A DNA stretch of 32,000 bases from Mycolicibacterium smegmatis. GTDB lineage: Bacteria > Actinomycetota > Actinomycetes > Mycobacteriales > Mycobacteriaceae. How positions within the stretch are numbered: the stretch's first letter is position 1; every line of letters starts with the position of its first letter. Positions 8,072 through 16,547 of the stretch are shown here, piece after piece. The stretch covers positions 600,001-632,000 of the forward strand of contig NZ_LN831039.1 in NCBI RefSeq assembly GCF_001457595.1, written 5' to 3'. The notes under the pieces were generated by a model. It was given only the letters and a program-made list of their open reading frames with translations. It did not search any database and was not told the origin of the DNA. Made by a program: the position numbers and the translations under genes.

Positions 8072-8950
8072 GTGCAGATCGACGGTCAGCAACTCGCGGC
8101 CTTCGCCGCGGTGATCGAACTCGGCAGCTTCGACGCGGCCGCGGCCCGGCTGCATGTGACGCCGTCAGCGGTCAGCCAGCGCATCAAAGCACTGGAGCAG
8201 CGGGTCGGCCAGGTTCTGGTCGTGCGGGAAAAGCCATGCACGGCAACACCTGCCGGTGTCCCGCTGCTGCGGCTGGCTGCACAGACGGCGTTGCTGGAAT
8301 CCGAGGCGCTGGCCGAGATGGGCGGTGGATCGTCGCACCGGCCACGAATGGCGTTGGCGGTCAACGCCGATTCGATGGCCTCGTGGTTCACCGGGGTGTT
8401 CCGGCGCCTGCCGGACGTCCTGTTCGACATCCGCATCGAGGACCAGGACCTGTCGGCGCGTTTCGTGCGCGAGGGCGTGGTGATGGGTGCGGTGACCACC
8501 GAGCGCACACCGGTGTCGGGGTGCCGCGTGCACCCACTGGGCGCCATGCGGTACAAACCGGTCGCCAGCGCCGAGTACACGGCCAGGTATCTGCCCGACG
8601 GATTCACCCGTGAGGCAGTGGCCGCGGCGCCCTCGCTGGCCTGGAATCGCGACGACCGCCTGCAGGATCAGCTGGTGCGCAAGGTGTTCCGTCGCGACAT
8701 CACCCGGCCCGTGCACTTCATCCCGACCGCGGAGGGCTTCGGCGCGGCCGTGCGCGCCGGCCTGGGCTGGGGCATGTATCCCGAGGACCTCGTCGACGCG
8801 TCGTTCGTGCCGATCACCGAGCATCACCTGGACGTGCCGCTGTTCTGGCAGTGCTGGAAACTCGACAGCCCGTTGGTACAGGCGATCACCGACGCGGTGC
8901 TGGCGGCGAGTGCGCGCCTGCGCGGCCGTCGAACGGCCGCAGAACTCTAG
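8072..8950 (+). CDS. argP: LysR family transcriptional regulator, ArgP/LysG subfamily (292 aa)
   Basis: The N-terminus QLAAFAAVIELGSFDAAAARLHVTPSAVSQRIKALEQRVGQVLVVREKPCTATPAG is near-diagnostic for ArgP/LysG-type regulators. Length and C-terminal co-inducer domain are consistent. Confidence 0.8.
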   Translation: MQIDGQQLAAFAAVIELGSFDAAAARLHVTPSAVSQRIKALEQRVGQVLVVREKPCTATPAGVPLLRLAAQTALLESEALAEMGGGSSHRPRMALAVNADSMASWFTGVFRRLPDVLFDIRIEDQDLSARFVREGVVMGAVTTERTPVSGCRVHPLGAMRYKPVASAEYTARYLPDGFTREAVAAAPSLAWNRDDRLQDQLVRKVFRRDITRPVHFIPTAEGFGAAVRAGLGWGMYPEDLVDASFVPITEHHLDVPLFWQCWKLDSPLVQAITDAVLAASARLRGRRTAAEL

Positions 8951-9720
8951 CTGCGCTTGCGCACCAGTCGCGCCTCGAAGATCCCGAACAGCGAGTCGGT
9001 GAGCTTGCCCAGCCCGGCCAAAAGCCCGATGGCCAACAGCATGATGTCGGTGCGCCCGGTGTTCTGGCTGTCGATGAGCATGAAGCCCAAGCCCTTCGAC
9101 GACGCGATCAGCTCGGCGGCGACCAGGAACAGCCACGCGTTGGCGAGTCCGAGTCGCAGGCCGTTCACCAGAGCGGGTGCCGCCGCGGGCAGCATCACCG
9201 TGGTCACCAGAGCCGCACCGCGACGTCCGTAGGCACGACCCACCTCGAGAAGCTGGGCGTCCACGTGTGAGAGGGCCGACGCCGTCGTCGTGTAGATCGG
9301 GAAGAACGCGCCGATCGCGACAAGCGTGACCTTCGGCGTCTCACCGATGCCGAACCACAACAGCAGCAACGGAACCCACGCCAGCGACGGCACCGTGCGC
9401 AACGCCGCGACCGTCGGCGCGAACAAGCGGCGCACAGTGGCCGACAGGCCGATCAGCGATCCGAGGACCAGTGCGACGGCCGCGCCCGCGAGATAGCCGG
9501 CGAACACACGCGACACACTGGTCTGCAGATGCGTCCACAGGTCGCCGCGACGCAACAACTCGCCGAGCGCCTCGAGCACGTCCCCGGGCGGGGGCAGCTG
9601 ACTGGGGGAGAACGCCCCGCTCTTGGCGACCAGATGCCAGATCACCAGCAGCGCCACCGGAACGATCAAGCCCACCACGAACAGTGAGAGCTTGTTCAGC
9701 AGCGCTGCGCGGATTCTCAG
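8947..9720 (-). CDS. ABC transporter permease, NitT/TauT (SsuC/TauC-like) family
   Basis: Six-TM permease with the conserved loop RTVPSLAWVPLLLLWFGIGETPKV. The ORF-track N-terminal extension (9721..9969) has low GC3 and lies inside the binding-protein gene, so I rejected it. There is no ATG/GTG/TTG between 9678 and 9969. The best start is CTG 9720..9718 (CTGA overlap with the upstream stop), or else GTG 9678. Confidence 0.8.
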   Translation of the reverse strand: MRIRAALLNKLSLFVVGLIVPVALLVIWHLVAKSGAFSPSQLPPPGDVLEALGELLRRGDLWTHLQTSVSRVFAGYLAGAAVALVLGSLIGLSATVRRLFAPTVAALRTVPSLAWVPLLLLWFGIGETPKVTLVAIGAFFPIYTTTASALSHVDAQLLEVGRAYGRRGAALVTTVMLPAAAPALVNGLRLGLANAWLFLVAAELIASSKGLGFMLIDSQNTGRTDIMLLAIGLLAGLGKLTDSLFGIFEARLVRKRS

Positions 9721-10685
9721 TCCGCGTTCTGCGCGAACTGCGGATCCAGCAGCGTCCCCAGCGCCTCCTGGGCGGCCTGCTCGGATTTGATGTCTCCGTC
9801 GGCCACCGCGATCGGAACGATCTTCTCCAGCACGGTCTTCTGCGCCGCCCCCGGCACCGGGTCGATGTCCAGAGCCGTCCGCTCCATCTCCTCCTCGGCC
9901 ACCGACTGGCTGATCTTCGCTTCCTGCGCCAGCAGCGTCGTCAGTTCGGCTGGGTGCTCCAGCGCCCATTTGCGGGCCTCCTCATAGCTGTTCACCACCG
10001 CCTGGACGGTGTCGGGATGCGCTGCGCTGAAGTCCTCGCGAACATTGAGCACCCCATAGGAATTGAACTCGGGATTGCGGTACAGCAGGCGGGCGCCCTG
10101 CTCCTGGACGGTCTGCGCCATGAACGGGTCCAGACCGGACCACGCGTCGACGTCACCGCGCTCGAGCGCCGTCTTGCCGTCCGCGTGCTGCAGATTCACG
10201 ATCTCGACGTCGCTTGCCGAAAGACCGTTCGCATCGAGGGCCTGCAGCAGGAAGAAGTACGGATCGGTGCCCTTGGTCACCGCGATCTTCTTGCCCTTGA
10301 GGTCGGCCACCGACTTGACCGGTGAATCCTTGGCGACCACCAGTGCGGTCCATTCCGGCTGGCTGTAGACGTCGACCACCTTCAGCGGGGTGCCGTTGGC
10401 GCGGGCGACCAGCGCCGCCGAGCCCGCTGTCGACCCGAAGTCCAGCGCGTTCGAGCGCACTCCCTCGTTGGCCTTGTTGCTGCCCGCGGACAAGATCCAG
10501 GTGACGTTGTACCCCTGGTTCTCCAGCAGCTTCTGGTCACGCACGACCAGGCTCAACGGGTTGTAGTAGGCGTAGTCGAGCCGGATGTCCTTGTCCGACG
10601 ACTCACTGCCCTCGGAACTGCAGGCGGCCGAGGTCGCGGCGAGGGCGACGGCCGTCAGCAATGTGGCCAAGTGACGAATTCTCAT
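9717..10685 (-). CDS. ABC transporter substrate-binding lipoprotein, NitT/TauT (SsuA-like) family (322 aa)
   Basis: Lipoprotein signal MRIRHLATLLTAVALAATSAAC with a lipobox Cys. Periplasmic binding protein fold typical of sulfonate/nitrate/taurine binders. Confidence 0.88.
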   Translation of the reverse strand: MRIRHLATLLTAVALAATSAACSSEGSESSDKDIRLDYAYYNPLSLVVRDQKLLENQGYNVTWILSAGSNKANEGVRSNALDFGSTAGSAALVARANGTPLKVVDVYSQPEWTALVVAKDSPVKSVADLKGKKIAVTKGTDPYFFLLQALDANGLSASDVEIVNLQHADGKTALERGDVDAWSGLDPFMAQTVQEQGARLLYRNPEFNSYGVLNVREDFSAAHPDTVQAVVNSYEEARKWALEHPAELTTLLAQEAKISQSVAEEEMERTALDIDPVPGAAQKTVLEKIVPIAVADGDIKSEQAAQEALGTLLDPQFAQNAD

Positions 10686-10733
10686 GTGTATTCCGCTTTC
10701 TCGGGCAGTGCGGCCTGGTTGTCCGGCCTGATG

Positions 10734-11516
10734 TCAGGTGGCTTCGGGTGCGGTGCGGGGGACGCCGAGTTCGTCGAGCAGCAGGTCGCGCAACTCGATG
10801 ACGCGTGGGTCACCGCGGTCGCGCGGCTTGGGGATGGTCACATCGAACGACGCGGCCAGGCCCGCGGTGCCGTCGTTGTCGGCGCGCAGGAGCAGGACTC
10901 GGTCGGCGAGGATCACGGCCTCCTCGACATCGTGGGTCACGAGAATCGTGGTGGTGCCGGCTTCCTGCTGGACCTTGTCGAGCAGCATCTGCATCTGCAG
11001 CCGGGTGAGGGCGTCGAGTGCGGCCAGCGGTTCGTCGAGCAGCAGTACACGCGGACGCCGGGCCAGTGCGCGCGCCAGGCCTGCGCGCTGGGCCATGCCG
11101 CCGGAGACCTGCCGCGGACGGTGGTCGGCGAACTCCTGCAGGCCGACGACCTCGAGCCAGTGGCGCACTGTCTCGGCGCCTTCGGTTCGGCTCGTACCCC
11201 GAGGCAGCCCGTAGGCGACGTTGCCGGCCAGTGAGCGCCATGGGAACAACCGTGGTTCCTGGAACACGATGGCGCAGCGCGGATCGGTCTCGCGGATGGC
11301 GTCGCCGTCGATCTCGATGAGGCCTTCGGTGGGTAGGTCGAGGCCCGCGATGAGGCGCAGCAACGTCGATTTCCCGCTGCCCGACGATCCGAGCAGCGCG
11401 ATGACCTCGCCCGGTTCGATCTCCAGGTCGATGTCACGCAACACCGTGTGTGTCCCGAAAGTCCGGCCCACGTTGCGCACCGAAACTCGTGCCGGCGCCA
11501 GGTCGGTCGAAGTCAC
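10734..11516 (-). CDS. ABC transporter ATP-binding protein, NitT/TauT (SsuB-like) family (260 aa)
   Basis: Walker A GSSGSGKST, ABC signature VSGGMAQRAGLARAL and Walker B LLLDEPLAALD. GTG start. Confidence 0.9.
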   Translation of the reverse strand: MTSTDLAPARVSVRNVGRTFGTHTVLRDIDLEIEPGEVIALLGSSGSGKSTLLRLIAGLDLPTEGLIEIDGDAIRETDPRCAIVFQEPRLFPWRSLAGNVAYGLPRGTSRTEGAETVRHWLEVVGLQEFADHRPRQVSGGMAQRAGLARALARRPRVLLLDEPLAALDALTRLQMQMLLDKVQQEAGTTTILVTHDVEEAVILADRVLLLRADNDGTAGLAASFDVTIPKPRDRGDPRVIELRDLLLDELGVPRTAPEAT

Positions 11517-11522
11517 CCGCGC

Positions 11523-11551
11523 AGGCTAGAGGCACCTCCGATCAAGGTCAA
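11523..11551 (-). promoter_or_regulatory. candidate promoter giving a leaderless mRNA for the ABC ATPase gene
   Basis: On the minus strand: TTGACC (11551..11546), N17, TAGCCT (11528..11523), N6, then GTG start at 11516. No SD is present. Confidence 0.4.
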
Positions 11552-11591
11552 GATTTTTGCTACGGGAAATTTTCTGGTTTGCGCGGATTGC

Positions 11592-11597
11592 TACCGT
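11592..11597 (+). promoter_or_regulatory. candidate -10 element for a leaderless OsmC-like gene
   Basis: TACCGT (TANNNT) lies 7 nt upstream of ATG 11605. There is no SD and the -35 element is weak. Confidence 0.3.
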
Positions 11598-11604
11598 CGG
11601 ATCC

Positions 11605-12099
11605 ATGGCAGCCGATCGAGGGCCCCGCACGCACCGCTACGAGGTCGAGGTGACCTGGACCGGCAACACCGGATCGGGGACGAGCGGATACCGCGCGTTC
11701 GAGCGTGACCACGAGGTCGCCGGGGTGGGTGTCACCGGCAAGCCGGTGATCGCCGGCAGCTCGGATCCGGCGTTCCGCGGCAAGGAACAGCGCTGGAATC
11801 CCGAAGAGCTTCTGGTGGCGAGCCTGTCGCAGTGCCACATGCTCTGGTACCTCGCGTTGTGTGCGCAGGCGGGGATCGTGGTGACGGCGTACCGCGACCG
11901 TCCCGCCGGGACGATGACCGAAAGCTCGGGCGGCAGTGGTGCATTCGTCGACGTGACGCTGCACCCCGAGGTCACGCTGGCCGACGGCTCGCGACGCGAG
12001 GACGCCGCTGCGCTGCACGAGAAGGCCCACGAGATGTGCTTCATCGCCAACTCGGTCAACTTCCCGGTGCGCGCCGAACCGGAATTCATCGTCGACTGA
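11605..12099 (+). CDS. OsmC family peroxiredoxin-like protein (164 aa)
   Basis: RYEVEVTWTGNTGSGTSGY...PEELLVASLSQCHMLWYL...HEMCFIANS carries the two conserved OsmC cysteines. The start is taken at ATG 11605 rather than the ORF-track start at 11557. Confidence 0.82.
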   Translation: MAADRGPRTHRYEVEVTWTGNTGSGTSGYRAFERDHEVAGVGVTGKPVIAGSSDPAFRGKEQRWNPEELLVASLSQCHMLWYLALCAQAGIVVTAYRDRPAGTMTESSGGSGAFVDVTLHPEVTLADGSRREDAAALHEKAHEMCFIANSVNFPVRAEPEFIVD

Positions 12100-12166
12100 T
12101 CGCATCAGGATCGGGCTGAGTTTTACTCTCCCCAACCTCCGGCGTCCCGGCATAGCCTCGCCGCTC

Positions 12167-13519
12167 GTGACTTCACCAGCCTTCACGCGCCGTCGGGCGC
12201 TGCAACTGCTCGGACTGGCCGGCGGCGCGGCCATGCTCGCTCCGGCCCTGGCGGCCTGCGGGTCCTCCGGTGGCAACAGCGCGCTCGCCGCCGACGCGCC
12301 CGTATCGGGCCGATTCGAAGGCGTCACGCTCAAGCTGCTGGTCAACCAGCCACACGTGACGTCGTTCCGCGACGTTCTGGCCCCGGCGTGGCAGGAGGCG
12401 ACCGGCGGCACCCTCGATGTCACCGCGGCGCCCTACGACCAGCTCACCAGCAAGCAGATTCTCGACGTCCAAAGCGGGACCGGTGAATTCGACGTCTTCG
12501 ACTACTTCTACTTCGGTCTCGGTGACCTCGTGGATGCCGATGCGCTCGTGGAGCTCACCGACTGGATCGACAACCGCCAGGGCGAACTGGACGTCAGCGG
12601 CTACCTGAAGTCGATCTACGATCCGTACACCCTGCTCGACGGCAAACGCTACGGCCTGCCCTACGACGGTGACATCCACATCCTGTTCTACAACGCCGAA
12701 CTGTTCGACCGCTACAAGGTCGAACCTCCCACGACGTGGGACGAGTACGACGAGGTGGCCGCCAAGATCACCAAGGACGCACGCGGAACGGCGTACGGCG
12801 CGATCGTCTCCGGCCAGCAGGTGCCCATGATCCTGGGCTGCTCCTACATCAACCGGCTGACGGGCTACGGCGGAAACCTGTTCGACGAGAACGGGAAACC
12901 GGCACTGACGTCCGACGCCTCGATCGCGGCGCTCGAGCATCTCGTCGCGGTGACCCCCGCCGCTTTGCCCACCCCGCTGCAGATCGGTTTCGACCAGGCC
13001 AACACCGCGTTCCTCAGCGGGCAGGGCGCCATGCTGGACACCTGGACCGACATGGCCTTGCGCGCGGAAGATCCGACCGCATCGAAGATCGCGGGACGCT
13101 GGGGCGCGGTCTCACTGCCCGTAGGTGGCGCCAACACCACACCGCGAACGGCGCTCGATGCCGGCTTCGGCCTCGGGATCTCCACGGCGTCCGAGAACAC
13201 CGACGCCGCTGCGGCATTCATCGCATGGGCCACCGCCGCCCCGCAGAACCTCGCCGTGTCCTCGACGGCCGGTGCGGGCATCGATCCGGTGCGCGGCGAG
13301 GTGCTCGACTCCGACGGCTACGCCAAGGTGGTCACCAATGCCGTCGCCCCGATCCGGCAGGGGCTGGGCGGTGACCCGCTGGTGTGGCCCAAGCAGGCCG
13401 GTGCGCCGAAGCTGTTGCAGGACCTCGTGGATCAGCTTGCGCTTGCCATCGCAGGCACGCAGACCGTCGAGCAGTCGCTGGAGCAGGCGCAGGCGAGCTG
13501 GGACAGCGCCTCGTCATGA
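12167..13519 (+). CDS. ABC transporter substrate-binding lipoprotein, carbohydrate (family 1) type (450 aa)
   Basis: Tat-like lipoprotein signal TRRRALQLLGLAGGAAMLAPALAACGSSGG. Family-1 extracellular solute-binding protein architecture. Confidence 0.88.
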   Translation: MTSPAFTRRRALQLLGLAGGAAMLAPALAACGSSGGNSALAADAPVSGRFEGVTLKLLVNQPHVTSFRDVLAPAWQEATGGTLDVTAAPYDQLTSKQILDVQSGTGEFDVFDYFYFGLGDLVDADALVELTDWIDNRQGELDVSGYLKSIYDPYTLLDGKRYGLPYDGDIHILFYNAELFDRYKVEPPTTWDEYDEVAAKITKDARGTAYGAIVSGQQVPMILGCSYINRLTGYGGNLFDENGKPALTSDASIAALEHLVAVTPAALPTPLQIGFDQANTAFLSGQGAMLDTWTDMALRAEDPTASKIAGRWGAVSLPVGGANTTPRTALDAGFGLGISTASENTDAAAAFIAWATAAPQNLAVSSTAGAGIDPVRGEVLDSDGYAKVVTNAVAPIRQGLGGDPLVWPKQAGAPKLLQDLVDQLALAIAGTQTVEQSLEQAQASWDSASS

Positions 13520-14385
13520 GCAAGCGGGTTCCGCTGTGGTTGGCGGTACCGGCGATGGCGGGGCTCGCGCTGTTCCTGGTGTACCCGATGGGGTACCTGG
13601 TGGCCTTGGCGCTGACGAAATCGTCGTTGGCCAAACCGCTTCGCGGTTTCGTCGGAGGCGACAACTTCACCGCCGCGTTCGCCTCGCCCGCGTTCACGCC
13701 GTCTCTGGTGCGGTCATCGGTATTCGCCGTCGTCGCGGCGATCGTGACCACGACCCTGGGACTGGCCATCGCACTGTTGTTGCGCCAGAAGGGGTCCCGG
13801 TTCGGGATCATCGGTGCGCTGTTCTTGCTGCCGCTGGTCACCGCGCCGGTGCTGGTCGGGGTGGCGTGGAAACTGCTGCTGGCGCCGGTGGGCGGAGGTC
13901 TGGCAGGGGTCTTCGACAGTGTGGGCCTGCACGGCTTCAATCCACTGGGTTCGGGCACCGGTGCGTTCGTGGTGCTCCTGCTCATCCACATCTGGCAGTG
14001 GACACCGTTCGCCGTACTGATCGCGTTCGCTGCGCTCGGCGTCGTGCGCCCGGAACTCCTCGAGTCCGCACGGATCGACGGCGCCAACTCGTGGCGCACC
14101 TTCACGACGGTGACCTGGCCTGCGATCGCCCCGACGCTCCTGGCCGTGGTGCTGCTGGAACTCGTGATCGGGTACAAGGTGTTCGACCTCATCGTGGTGG
14201 TCACCGCGGGCGGACCGGGATTCTCGACGTCGCTGTCGCCGTACGTGATCTACCAGACCGGATTGCGCGGCAGTTTCGACATGGGCACCGCGGCCGCCCA
14301 GACCCTGGTGTTCGGACTCGTCGTCGGCGCGGTCTCCACCGTCGTCACGACGCTGCGAGCACGCGCACTGAAGGGTGACGGATGA
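13516..14385 (+). CDS. carbohydrate ABC transporter permease (MalF/UgpA-like; 289 aa)
   Basis: EAA loop ESARIDGANSWRTFTTVTWPAIAP. ATG 13516 is in an ATGA overlap with the binding-protein stop. The upstream part of ORF 13384.. is a shadow. Confidence 0.9.
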   Translation: MSKRVPLWLAVPAMAGLALFLVYPMGYLVALALTKSSLAKPLRGFVGGDNFTAAFASPAFTPSLVRSSVFAVVAAIVTTTLGLAIALLLRQKGSRFGIIGALFLLPLVTAPVLVGVAWKLLLAPVGGGLAGVFDSVGLHGFNPLGSGTGAFVVLLLIHIWQWTPFAVLIAFAALGVVRPELLESARIDGANSWRTFTTVTWPAIAPTLLAVVLLELVIGYKVFDLIVVVTAGGPGFSTSLSPYVIYQTGLRGSFDMGTAAAQTLVFGLVVGAVSTVVTTLRARALKGDG

Positions 14386-15173
14386 AAGCCCGTGCTGCGC
14401 TGGTATTCGCTGTCCTCGTGGCGCTGATGCCCGTCGGCTATCTGGTCTCGCTGGCGCTGAGGCCGGCCGAGGACGTGTTGAACTCCAGCCTGTTTCCGAC
14501 GTCGTTGACGCTGAGCAACTTCGTCAAGGTCTTCGACACCATCGAGCTGGGCACCATGCTGCAGAACTCGTGGGTCGCGGCGGTGGGTGGGGCACTGCTC
14601 GCGGTGTTGATCGCCGCTCCCGCGGCATATTTCACGGCGCGCCACACCCGAGGCGAACGTCTGCTGACGGTGCTGCTGGCGAGCTATTGCGCACCGCCGA
14701 TCGTCGCGATCATCCCGCTGTTCTTCCTGCTGCGCCACGTGGGCCTCACCAACAACCTGGCCGGGCTGATCCTCGTGAACGGAATCGCCAACGTCCCGGT
14801 CGCGGTCTGGCTGCTCGACGGCTTCGTCCGACGGATCCCCATCGAGATCGACGAGGCGGCAGTGATCGACGGTCTGTCGGTGGCCGCGGCCTTCCGCAAG
14901 ATCATCCTGCCGCTGCTGTGGCCCGGCATCGTCGCGGCGCTACTCGTCGCCTTCTTCCTGAGCTACAACGACTTTCTGTTCGCCGTCTATCTCGCCGTGA
15001 CCAAGGAGAGCCAGACCCTGACCGTCGGTCTGTCGCTGTTCCAGGGCGACCGCAACGTGCAGTTCGGCCAGCAGGCCGCCGCCGGACTGCTCGGCCTGGC
15101 GCCGGTCTACGTACTCGCGCTCGCCGCGCAGCGTCACCTCGTCGGCGGCCTCACCACAGGAGCCACCAAGTGA
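14382..15173 (+). CDS. carbohydrate ABC transporter permease (MalG/UgpE-like; 263 aa)
   Basis: EAA loop DEAAVIDGLSVAAAFRKIILPLLWP. ATGA overlap with the preceding permease. Confidence 0.9.
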   Translation: MKARAALVFAVLVALMPVGYLVSLALRPAEDVLNSSLFPTSLTLSNFVKVFDTIELGTMLQNSWVAAVGGALLAVLIAAPAAYFTARHTRGERLLTVLLASYCAPPIVAIIPLFFLLRHVGLTNNLAGLILVNGIANVPVAVWLLDGFVRRIPIEIDEAAVIDGLSVAAAFRKIILPLLWPGIVAALLVAFFLSYNDFLFAVYLAVTKESQTLTVGLSLFQGDRNVQFGQQAAAGLLGLAPVYVLALAAQRHLVGGLTTGATK

Positions 15174-16225
15174 GCACCATCGAACTCAGCGGAATCACCA
15201 AGACCTACGGCGGCAGCGCCGTGGTCGACGGGCTGGACCTGACCCTGCGTGACGGCACGCTGACGGTGCTCGTCGGCCCTTCGGGCTGTGGGAAATCGAC
15301 CACCCTGCGCATCGTCGCCGGCCTGGAGACCGCCGACAAGGGTGCGGTGCGCATCGCCGGCCGTGACGTCACGAGTGCCACCCCGCGCGAACGCGACGTC
15401 GCGATGGTCTTCCAGAACTACGCCCTGTACCCGCATCTGACGGTCGCGGGCAATGTCGGTTTTCCGTTGAGGAACAGCGGAGTGGCCAAAACCGAAGTGG
15501 AGCAACGCGTTGCCCAGGCGGCCGAACGTGTGGGGATCACCGCGCTGTTGGACCGCAGGCCGCGTCAGCTCTCGGGCGGACAGCAGCAACGCGTGGCCAT
15601 CGCACGCGCCCTGGTGCGGACGCCTTCGGTGTTCCTGTTCGACGAGCCGTTGAGCAATCTGGACGCCAAGCTGCGTGTCGAACTGCGCTCCGAGATCCGG
15701 CGTCTGCAAACCGAAACGGGCATCACGTCGCTGTACGTCACCCACGACCAGGAAGAGGCGATGACCATCGCCGATCAGCTCGTCGTGCTCGACGCGGGTT
15801 CGATCGCTCAGGTCGGCACGCCCGAGGAGCTCTACCGGCGCCCGGCCAACACGTTTGTCGCCGGGTTCATCGGATCGCCGAGCATGAACCTCGTGCCGGG
15901 ACGGCTGCGGGCGGGTCGATTCGAGGCCGACGGGCTGACCCTGGTGGTTGCGGGCGACGACCGGGACGACGTGACGCTCGGGGTGCGTCCAGAGGATCTT
16001 CTGGTGGCCCCGGATCCCTCCGGCCCGGGCCGTGTGGAGCTGGTCGAGTTGCTCGGCCCGCGCTACGTGCTGATCATCCGGGCGGGTGCGCACCGGCTCA
16101 CCGCGGTCGCCGAGGCCGCCACGGTGTCGGAGTGGGCCGGCGTTCCAGCGGCCGGGGACCCGGTCTCGGTGCAGGCGCGCCCGGGGCGCACGCATCTGTT
16201 CGACAGCACCGGAGCGCGCATCTGA
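15170..16225 (+). CDS. carbohydrate ABC transporter ATP-binding protein (MalK/UgpC/SugC-like; 351 aa)
   Basis: Walker A GPSGCGKST, signature LSGGQQQRVAIARAL, Walker B FLFDEPLSNLD and a C-terminal MalK-type regulatory domain. The GTG start is in a GTGA overlap. The 616-aa ORF-track version is an Arg/Pro-rich shadow extension. Confidence 0.92.
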   Translation: MSTIELSGITKTYGGSAVVDGLDLTLRDGTLTVLVGPSGCGKSTTLRIVAGLETADKGAVRIAGRDVTSATPRERDVAMVFQNYALYPHLTVAGNVGFPLRNSGVAKTEVEQRVAQAAERVGITALLDRRPRQLSGGQQQRVAIARALVRTPSVFLFDEPLSNLDAKLRVELRSEIRRLQTETGITSLYVTHDQEEAMTIADQLVVLDAGSIAQVGTPEELYRRPANTFVAGFIGSPSMNLVPGRLRAGRFEADGLTLVVAGDDRDDVTLGVRPEDLLVAPDPSGPGRVELVELLGPRYVLIIRAGAHRLTAVAEAATVSEWAGVPAAGDPVSVQARPGRTHLFDSTGARI

Positions 16226-16409
16226 CCACGGTTGCTGGGTCCTGCGCGCGTGCAGGGTGTAGATTCGAAGGTAGGCCGCTCTCGTCAGCGTTACACCTCT
16301 GGCGTCCGACGCCTCACCTGACACCCCATCGAACGGCCGGCCTGCGAAATCTTCTTCGCTCGCCCGCAACTACGTGTGTGGGTCGAACCCGCACTTCAAG
16401 GACTTGTTT

Positions 16410-16547
16410 ATGGATACGTCCAACCTGTTTTCACACCCCGAGAAGCACGAGACCATGCCGCCCGAGAAGCGCACGGCCGAGCCGGTCACGGGACCGCTCT
16501 TCTCGGATCGCCCCCACCAACAGCGCGCCGACAAGCGGCCGTCGTGA
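16410..16547 (+). CDS. unannotated small ORF (45 aa: MDTSNLFSHPEKHETMPPEKRTAEPVTGPLFSDRPHQQRADKRPS)
   Basis: Below the 60-aa cutoff of the ORF track. AAGGA SD at 16398..16402, 7 nt before the ATG. 39 of 45 codons end in G/C, against 26 of 56 in the competing frame. Its TGA overlaps the GTG of the next gene (GTGA). Confidence 0.45.
   Translation: MDTSNLFSHPEKHETMPPEKRTAEPVTGPLFSDRPHQQRADKRPS

Noticed and set aside
12153-12158. TAGCCT upstream of the sugar-binding-protein GTG (12167), as another leaderless promoter.
   Set aside because: The spacing to the start codon is 8 nt, longer than the 6-7 nt seen in the other cases. This is too uncertain to call.
14375-15169. N-terminal extensions of real genes in the ORF track: 14375..15169 (ATPase), 23681..24274 (glycosyltransferase), 28291..28557 (flavoprotein), 13384..13515 (permease), 22572..22655 (NCS2 permease), 3785..3856 (BCCT), 11557..11604 (OsmC) and 18516..18665 (TetR).
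   Set aside because: The extensions overlap the preceding gene or promoter DNA and are Arg/Pro-rich or low in GC3. Internal starts with SD sequences, 4-nt start/stop overlaps or leaderless-promoter geometry coincide with where family homology begins.
16240-16255. Short GC hairpin (CCTGC-gcgcgt-GCAGG) just after the sugar ABC ATPase stop, as a possible terminator.
   Set aside because: It has only a 5-bp stem and no T-tract. Such structures are expected by chance in GC-rich DNA.
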